A DNA stretch of 64,000 bases, taken from Pyrinomonadaceae bacterium. Its GTDB lineage: Bacteria > Acidobacteriota > Blastocatellia > Pyrinomonadales > Pyrinomonadaceae. Both the position numbers and the translations under genes were made by a program. The stretch covers positions 18,412-82,411 of the forward strand of contig DASVRT010000020.1 of assembly GCA_036388475.1 (NCBI GenBank), written 5' to 3'. The notes under the pieces are model-generated. The model was not told where the DNA came from. It saw only the letters and a program-made list of their open reading frames with translations, and searched no databases. Shown piece by piece: positions 41,870 to 49,100 of this stretch. Numbering within the stretch: the first letter of the stretch is position 1; each line of letters opens with the position of its first letter.

Positions 41870-41905
41870 TGATACCTTTTTGCATCTCCTTTTCGCTTTA
41901 GTTGG
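41870..41905 (+). promoter_or_regulatory. Candidate promoter, instance d: TGATAC-N18-CGCTTTAG
   Basis: TGATAC at 41870-41875; CGCTTTAGTTGG from 41894. ATG at 41940. Confidence 0.4.
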
Positions 41906-41939
41906 CAGAGACCGATTTTTTTCCCGAGGGAGACACGAA

Positions 41940-43415
41940 ATGCAAAGCAATTATCTTATTAAATTCGCAGTTTTAATTATCTGTTTAATTTCTTCAAACG
42001 CCGTCTATGCCGACGTTAAAATCAAGACGCGGCAGACGGTCGGCGGGCAGACCTCCGAAAATACGACCTATATCAAAGGCAAACGCCAGCGCTCGGAGAT
42101 GATGGGCGGAAAAATGGTTAGCATTACGCAGTGCGATTTGCGCCGCGACGTGCAGATTATGCCGGACGGCAAAGTTTATATGGTCAACCCGTTTGACGGC
42201 GGCGCGGCGGCGCAGGCGAACGAAAACGTGTCGCAAACGCAGACGACGACCAAGCTCGAAACCGGCGGAACGATTACGATGACCTACACGACCAAAGACA
42301 CCGGCGAGCGCAAACAGATGTTCGGCTACACGGCGAAACATTTGATTATTACGATGGAATCGGTCGCTTCCGCCGATGCCTGTATGAAAAACAACAGCAA
42401 GATGGAGATGGACGGCTGGTATATCGACGCCGCCTGGTATTTTCAATGCGACCGCGGCTATGCGGGCGGCTACACGCCGAAAAGCCAGAAAGCCGGCTGT
42501 CAGGACAAATACGTGATGAAGCAGGTCGGCACGGCGAACCGCGGTTATCCGGTCTGGGAAAAAATGACGATGTACGATGCAAGCGGCAAGGAAATGATGA
42601 CGTCGCTCAACGAAGTCGTCGAGCTTTCGCAAGCCACTCTGGAAGCTTCGCTGTTCGACATTCCGCAGGGCTACCGCGAAGTTAAAGATTCGTCCGAGCT
42701 GTATGCGAGTATGTCGAGCCAATCGAGCAGCGGTCAGTCGAGCAACGGCAGCACGACGAGCGGCGGCAATAACGGCAATTCCAATAGTTCTTCCAATTCC
42801 GGTATGAGCCGGAACGTGCAGAATATGTCGAAATCCGAACCGGACATTTCGACGACGGTCGGCGCGAAAAAAGAAGGTACTGTCCGCATCGGCTTGGCGG
42901 GCGTGAAAACCGGCGCGGTCGGCGAAGGCTTGAAGGCGGCGGAGCTTGCCGGAGCGATTCGGAGCACGCTCGGCGAATATCTGAAAGGCACGAAGATTGA
43001 GCTGGTTCAAATCGAAGCCAGCCTCGCGACGGCAATCGAAGCCGAAGCCAAGCAGAAGGAATGCGATTACGTTCTTTACGCGCAGGTTTCGCACAAAAAA
43101 GGCGGCGGCGGTTTCGGAATGTTCTCGAAAATCGCGCCCGCCATCGGCAACATCGTGCCGGTCGCAGGAATCGGAAGCAGAAGCGGACAAATCGCCGGAC
43201 AGGTTGCCAACACCACGATTTACACGGCGGCAAACGCGGCGGGCAACGTCAAATCGAAAGACGAATTGACGCTCGAAATCAAGCTTAATTCAACCGGCGG
43301 CGCGACCTCTCTCGCCAGGCAGTATAAAACGAAAGCCAAATCCGACGGCGAAGACATCATTTCCCCGCTCGTCGAACAGGCGGCGACCGCGATTCTGGAA
43401 ACGGTCGGCAAATAA
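41940..43415 (+). CDS. Secreted protein with a C-terminal module related to the 'AVLPF' (TolB-N/LpoB-like) modules of the giant kinases
   Basis: Signal peptide MQSNYLIKFAVLIICLISSNAVYA; Ser/Asn/Gly-rich linker. The C-terminus ...KSKDELTLEIKLNSTGGATSLARQYKTKAKSDGEDIISPLVEQAATAILE is paralogous to the C-terminus of the 45470 protein. Confidence 0.55.
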   Translation: MQSNYLIKFAVLIICLISSNAVYADVKIKTRQTVGGQTSENTTYIKGKRQRSEMMGGKMVSITQCDLRRDVQIMPDGKVYMVNPFDGGAAAQANENVSQTQTTTKLETGGTITMTYTTKDTGERKQMFGYTAKHLIITMESVASADACMKNNSKMEMDGWYIDAAWYFQCDRGYAGGYTPKSQKAGCQDKYVMKQVGTANRGYPVWEKMTMYDASGKEMMTSLNEVVELSQATLEASLFDIPQGYREVKDSSELYASMSSQSSSGQSSNGSTTSGGNNGNSNSSSNSGMSRNVQNMSKSEPDISTTVGAKKEGTVRIGLAGVKTGAVGEGLKAAELAGAIRSTLGEYLKGTKIELVQIEASLATAIEAEAKQKECDYVLYAQVSHKKGGGGFGMFSKIAPAIGNIVPVAGIGSRSGQIAGQVANTTIYTAANAAGNVKSKDELTLEIKLNSTGGATSLARQYKTKAKSDGEDIISPLVEQAATAILETVGK

Positions 43416-43550
43416 ATCAGAAAAGTGTCATCATCCGAACCTCCTTTTTGAGACGGTCTTCGCTCGACCGTCTCTTTTTTTATTGGCGGCAGGTTTCGGG
43501 CGAAAATGTATGAAAAGCGAACGAAATCTGCGGTTTTATAGAGGACAAAT

Positions 43551-43762
43551 GGCGTTTGGCAACTGCCGAAGCGCTTCCGGCAATTGCCAAACCGATTCCG
43601 GCAACCTCCGGAAAGCGTCCGGCAACTGCCGAATTCGGTCCGGCAGCTTCCAAACGCCGCTCGGCTAATTCCAAATCTCATACGGCAGCTTCCGGAAGCC
43701 TTCCGGCAACTGCCGAACTGCGTCCGGCTTCTTCCGAACTGCGTCCGGCTTTCGCCGAAACT
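43551..43762. repeat. Array of ~10 tandem 21-bp units (consensus TCCGGCAACTGCCGAAnTGCG), each with a short internal palindrome
   Basis: Units start at approximately 43553, 43574, 43595, 43617, 43638, 43660, 43683, 43701, 43722 and 43743. The array is translated as a spurious QLPNxVR repeat in ORF 43584. Confidence 0.7.
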
Positions 43763-43822
43763 TATTTATCCGAAGCCATTTGAAGGCAGGCAGCCGGAAA
43801 CGGGCGAATTATATATTTTTTT

Positions 43823-43857
43823 TGATACTTTTCGTATCGCCTTTACGCTATTACCAG
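43823..43857 (+). promoter_or_regulatory. Candidate promoter, instance e: TGATAC-N17-CGCTATTAC
   Basis: TGATAC at 43823-43828; CGCTATTACCAG at 43846-43857. ATG at 43908. Confidence 0.4.
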
Positions 43858-43907
43858 AGAAGACTATTCTTCAATCTTTTATTTATTCCATAAGTGAGCA
43901 AGCAATT

Positions 43908-44300
43908 ATGTCTATTATTCGAAAAATTACCTGTTATTCATTACTGATTTTATCTATTTTGTCCGCCGTGCCGACTTTGGCGACGACGGAAGACCGCGTG
44001 ACAATCGACCGCGACATCGTTTTCCGGCGCGGCGCGATTTCCGCTTCCCTGCGCGGCAGAATCAATCGCGGCACGACGCATTTATACCGCATTCGCGCCC
44101 GCGCCGGGCAGGAAATGGCAATCGTCCTGAAAACGGGCGAGCAGACTTCCGCGACGCTCTACGCGCCGACCGCGGGCATTGTCGAAGGCGCGGACGGCAT
44201 CCGCCAAACGCTCGTCGAACTGCCCGAAACCGGCGAATACCTGATTCAAATCGGCACCGATGCCGCCGCTAATTACACGCTCGAAGTAACGATTAATTAA
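43908..44300 (+). CDS. Small secreted PPC-like beta-sandwich protein
   Basis: Signal peptide MSIIRKITCYSLLILSILSAVPTLA. Homologous to the C-terminal domain of the 1684 protein. The ORF-track start at 43584 is an extension created by translating the tandem repeat. Confidence 0.6.
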   Translation: MSIIRKITCYSLLILSILSAVPTLATTEDRVTIDRDIVFRRGAISASLRGRINRGTTHLYRIRARAGQEMAIVLKTGEQTSATLYAPTAGIVEGADGIRQTLVELPETGEYLIQIGTDAAANYTLEVTIN

Positions 44301-44317
44301 AAAGGAGAACTGCAATT

Positions 44318-45361
44318 ATGACTACGCAAACACACGCCGCCGCGCTCGCGCCGGAAATGCCGACCGAAGCCGTTTTGGGGCAAATCCTGATGGGCGCTTT
44401 TACGTCGCAAGCCGTCTATGTCGCCGCCAAGCTCGGCATCGCCGATTTGTTGAAAGATAATCCGCGCCCGGTCGCGGCATTAGCCGCCGAAACAAATACC
44501 GACGCCGACGCGCTTTACCGCGTTCTGCGCGCGCTGGCGAGCATCGGCATTTTTGCCGAAACCGCGCCGAAAACTTTCGCGCTCACGCCGTTTGCCGAGC
44601 CGCTTTTGAGCGACCGCCCGGGCAGTATGCGCGAGATGGCAATCTGGATTGGCGAAGAAGCGCACTGGCGCGTTTACGGCGAGATGCTTTACAGCGTCCG
44701 AACGGGCAAACCCGCCTGGGAACGCGTCCACGGGCAGGAAGCTTTCCCGTACCTGTTTGAAACCGACCGCGCGCTGGGCGATATTTTCAACCGCGCGATG
44801 ACCAGCTTTTCGTCGAGCGTCGCGCCGGCTATCGCGCAGGCTTATGATACGTCGGAAGCGAAAACGCTGGTCGATATCGCCGGCGGTCACGGGCTTTTGC
44901 TTTCGGCATTTTTGAAAACGAATCCCGATTTAAAAGGCGTTTTGTTCGACGTGCCGACGGTTATCGAAGACGCGGGCGCGCTGCTCGAAAGCGAAGGCGT
45001 CGCCGAAAGAGTCGAAGCCGTGACGGGCGATTTTTTCCAAAACGTTCCGGCGGGCGGCGACCTTTATATGATGAAACACATCATTCACGATTGGGACGAC
45101 GCGCGCGCGCTCGCCATCCTGAAAAACATTCATTCGGCGATGAACGAAAACGGCAGGGTTTTAATCGTCGAGATGGTCGTCAAAGAAGCGAACGAGCCGG
45201 ATTTCAGCAAGATTATGGATTTGGAAATGCTCGTCACGCCCGGCGGCGTCGAGCGCACGGCGGAAGAATACCGCCAGCTGCTGGCGCAAGCCGGATTTCG
45301 CCTGACGCGCATCATCCCGACCGCTTCGCCATATAGCATTGTCGAAGCCGTTAAAGCTTAA
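44318..45361 (+). CDS. SAM-dependent O-methyltransferase (class I, family 2, with N-terminal dimerisation domain)
   Basis: LVDIAGGHGLLL...VLFDVPTVI...GDFF..VPAGGDLYMMKHIIHDWDD. It lies 17 nt after the 43908 gene, so the two are probably co-transcribed. Confidence 0.85.
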   Translation: MTTQTHAAALAPEMPTEAVLGQILMGAFTSQAVYVAAKLGIADLLKDNPRPVAALAAETNTDADALYRVLRALASIGIFAETAPKTFALTPFAEPLLSDRPGSMREMAIWIGEEAHWRVYGEMLYSVRTGKPAWERVHGQEAFPYLFETDRALGDIFNRAMTSFSSSVAPAIAQAYDTSEAKTLVDIAGGHGLLLSAFLKTNPDLKGVLFDVPTVIEDAGALLESEGVAERVEAVTGDFFQNVPAGGDLYMMKHIIHDWDDARALAILKNIHSAMNENGRVLIVEMVVKEANEPDFSKIMDLEMLVTPGGVERTAEEYRQLLAQAGFRLTRIIPTASPYSIVEAVKA

Positions 45362-45363
45362 CT

Positions 45364-45410
45364 GAAAGCTGAGAACTGAGAATCGTTTTCAATTCTCAGT
45401 TCTCAGCTTT
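45364..45410 (+). terminator. Hairpin terminator (family A, CTGAGAA heptamers)
   Basis: AAAGCTGAGAACTGAGAAT-cgttttc-AATTCTCAGTTCTCAGCTTT. Confidence 0.6.
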
Positions 45411-45469
45411 GCCCGCCGTTAAAAGTATCGGCAAATTGAATAATCAATCAGGAGAATGCGGAAATCATC

Positions 45470-46093
45470 GTGACCATCAAATCAACGGCAATTACAATTT
45501 TTATCGCTCTGATGATAATTTTGACCGCGAACGCCGCGTTTGCACAGGAGCCTGTCGCGCCGACCAATCCCGAATTTCAAACTGAAGCGCCGGTGCCTGA
45601 CAATTCGATGCCGGTCAGAATCGGCATTGCTCTGCCGAAAGCGAATTTTTTCGAGGACGGCGTGAACAGTTTTCAAATAGCGGCGAGCATCCGCGAAATT
45701 ATCGGCAATCACTTTAACGGAAGCGGCATCGAGATAATCGCGCTGGAGGCTCGCCTGCCGCCCGCGATTGCCGTCGAAGCCAGAGAAAAAAGTTGTTTTT
45801 ATATTTTGCAAACCGTCGTTTTGAGAAAACGAAGCGGCGCGAAGCTTAATTCAATGACGCCGGCGACAAGCATTAACGGAGGCGCGCAGACGGTGCTTTA
45901 CAAGGCGGCGGATTTGGCTTCGACGACGAAATCGAAAGACGAATTCACTTTCGAATACAGCTTGATTTCCACCGAGGACAATGCGGTTAAAGCTAAAAAT
46001 TCTTTCAAAACAAAGGCGAAAGCCGACGGCGAAGACGTTCTTTCGTCGATGTTGGAAAATATGTCGAAGGCGGTTCTGGCTGCGGCAAAGTAA
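45470..46093 (+). CDS. Secreted protein with an 'AVLPF'/LpoB-like module
   Basis: GTG start; signal peptide TIKSTAITIFIALMIILTANAAFA. VRIGIALPKANFFEDGVNSFQIAASIREIIG... C-terminus paralogous to that of the 41940 protein. Confidence 0.55.
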   Translation: MTIKSTAITIFIALMIILTANAAFAQEPVAPTNPEFQTEAPVPDNSMPVRIGIALPKANFFEDGVNSFQIAASIREIIGNHFNGSGIEIIALEARLPPAIAVEAREKSCFYILQTVVLRKRSGAKLNSMTPATSINGGAQTVLYKAADLASTTKSKDEFTFEYSLISTEDNAVKAKNSFKTKAKADGEDVLSSMLENMSKAVLAAAK

Positions 46094-46181
46094 ATAAAGT
46101 TTCAAACGACGACGGAAAAACGCCCGGAAGGCGGGAGCGGGCGAGAATGAAAATTTCTTGCCTTCTTTTATTTTATCTTTT

Positions 46182-49100
46182 TTATTTTATCGGTTTTTCA
46201 ATTTCCGGAAGCTTCATTCTCCGCAATAAATCGCCGTAGCGCGCGTCGTCGCGGATTGAATCCAGCATCGGCTCGGTCGCGAACCAGAGCAGCCACGGGT
46301 CGAATTCGGCTTGCGATTTTTCAAAATAATCAAAAGCCTCGTCGCGGTCGCCGAGCGCGGCGTGCGCCATTCCCAGAAAATACGGTTTGAGATACGTTGC
46401 GCCGTCGAGCTCCTGCATTTCGCGCAAAACCGCGCGCGCTTCGTCCATTCGACCGACCGCGACGTACGCAAAGCAAAGCTTATATTTCGGCAGCCCCGAT
46501 TGCGGTATCATCGCCGCGAATTTTTCCAGAAAACCGACCGCTTCGTCGATTCGTCCGAGCGCCCATAAATTGATGCCGGTCTGCGCGTAGCCTTGCGGGT
46601 AATTCGGGTCTAAGTCGATAATTTCCCTGCCTTTGGCAAGGGATTCTTTGTGATGACGCGCTTGATACATCGTCCACGCGACCAGCGTTTTCGTGCGCAA
46701 AGAGAGCGGGTCAAGCTGTTCGGCGAGCAGAATTTCCCGAACGCCTTTCTCAAATCTGCCCGTTCCGACCAGCCAAGCCGCATACCATTCGTGAGAATTC
46801 GGATAATTCGGATTCAGCTCCGCCGCGCGATGATAAATCCGCTCGGCTTCATCCCAATTCTGCATGTTCTGCGTGTGCAAGCCGAGCGCGGCGTAAGCCT
46901 CGCCCAACTGGTCGTCGAGTTCGATGGCGCGCCGCGCGGCGGCTTCGGATTTTTCCAGTGCGACGCGCGACGGCATAATGCCGTAAATGTTCGCCCACGT
47001 GTAGAAATCCGCCAGCCCGACATACGCCAGAGCGTAATCCGGGTCGAGATTGATGGCTTTTTGAAACGATTCGAGGGCTTTGATTAAAGCGTCGGGCGTA
47101 AATTGATTCCAGTGAAAACGCCCGCGCAGATACGCTTCGTAGGCTTCAGGGTCGTTCGTTCCGCGTTTTTCGAGCTGGCGGCGCTCTTCGCCCGTCAATT
47201 GCGGAATCAGCGATTGCGCGACTTTTTCCGAAATCGAATCTTCCAGTTCCAAAACGTCCGACGATTTTTCGTCAAAGCTTTCCGCCCAGACCGTCGCGTT
47301 TTCGCTGACGCTTAAAAGCTGGACGGTCACACGGATACGCTCGCCGCTGCGCCGGATGCTGCCGTCGAGAACGTAATCGACCGCCAGTTTTTTTCCCGCT
47401 TCGAACGGATCGACTTCCGTTTGCGCGTATTGCAGAACGGAACTGGTCGGGCGCATTACAAAACGACGCACGTTGGAAAGCCGCGTAATCAACGCGTCCG
47501 TCAAGCCGATGCCGAGATATTCGTCTTCGCCCGCGCCGGTCAGCGCGCCGAATAACCTTAGCGGCAACACGGCGATAGCTTTCGCGCCGCCGGTATCAAG
47601 GCGGGCAATTTTAGATTCTTCCGGCGGCTGAGCCAGAGGATTTCCCGAACGGCGCAGCAAATCGGCATAACGCGCGTCGTCGCGCAAAATGTCGAACTGC
47701 GGGTCGACGCCGAGCCAGTTCAGCCACGCGTCACGCGCCGCAAAAGATTTTTCGAGATTTTCAAAAGCACTGTCCTTATCGCCGAGCGCGCAGTAAATCA
47801 GCGCGAGCATATATTCGGAAACAAACCGCGCCTGAGAAATTTCCCTGAGCCGCGCGAGAATTTTTTCGGCTTCGGCGCGCTCGCCCGCCTCGGCGTAGGC
47901 GGCAGCCAGCTCGTTCAGGTAGAACGGATTTTCGCCCGTCAGCCGGACGGATTTTTCAGCGCTGGCGATGGCTTCCCCGTATTGTCCGGCGCGGCGCAGA
48001 ACCCAACTGAAAGTCTGCAAGCCCCAGGCGTAATTCGGCTCGTTGCCGAGCATTTTCCGGTGCACGGCGATCGACTCGTCAAAACGCCGCGCGTGATACA
48101 AAACCCACGCTTGCAGATGCAGGCTCAGAATCGAATCCGGGTCGAGTTCGAGAACGCGATTTATTTCATCGAGCGCCTCGTCAAAGCGCCCGCTATGCGA
48201 AAGAACCGTGTTCAGCCAGCTATGCGCCGCGACCGAATTCGGATTCAGTTCGATGGCGCGCCGCAGATGTTTCTCCGCCGCGTCCCAATCCCAGTTATAG
48301 CTAATCTCGACAAAGCCCAGAACGGCGTAGCCTTCGGCGAGCGTCGGGTCGAGCGCGACAGCTTTTTCCGCCGCTTCTCTGGCGGGTTTCGCGCCTGCGG
48401 CAAACGGGATAACGCAGTGAATACCGAGAAAAATATAATATTCGGTCAGTGCCGCGTAAGCCAGCGCGTAATTCGGGTCGAGCTCGACGGCGCGCCTGTA
48501 AAACTGAATGGCGCGCGCAAAGCCTTCTTCGCTGTGCAGATTCCAGTTGAAACGCCCGCGCAAGTAGGCTTCATAGGCTTCGGCTTTCTCGGTCGCGCGT
48601 TTGGCGAGCTGCTGCTGTTCTTCGCCGGTCAGATGCGGAACGAGCGATTTGACGACCTGCTCGGAAATCAAATCTTCGAATTCGAGAATGTCGGAAGCTT
48701 TTTCGTCAAAGCTCTGCGCCCATTCGGTCGAATTGCCCCTGACGCTCAAAAGCTGAACCGAGACGCGAATCCGCGCGCCGGAGCGCCGGATATTGCCGTC
48801 CAGAACGTAATCGACGTTCAGCTCGCCGCCCGCCGCAAACGGGTCGGTGTTTTCCTTGAAATTAAGAATCGAGCTGGTCGGGCGGACGATAAAACGACGC
48901 ACGTTGGAAAGACGCGAAATCAACGCGTCAGTCAGCCCGATGCCGAGATATTCGTCGTCGGAATCTCTCGTGCCGAGCATTTTCAGCGGCAGCACGGCGA
49001 TTGATTTTTCTTTGTCTTTAGTTGCGCCCGACGCTTTTTGCCGCCTGACGGAAGGATGATTTATGGCTTTCAATAATCGCTCGCAGCGCGCGTCAGCGGC

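Noticed and set aside
43584-43907. N-terminal extension of ORF 43584 that reads QLPNxVRQLPN...
   Set aside because: It is a translation of the 21-bp tandem array, and a promoter-like motif lies inside it. The real start is at 43908, followed by a signal peptide.
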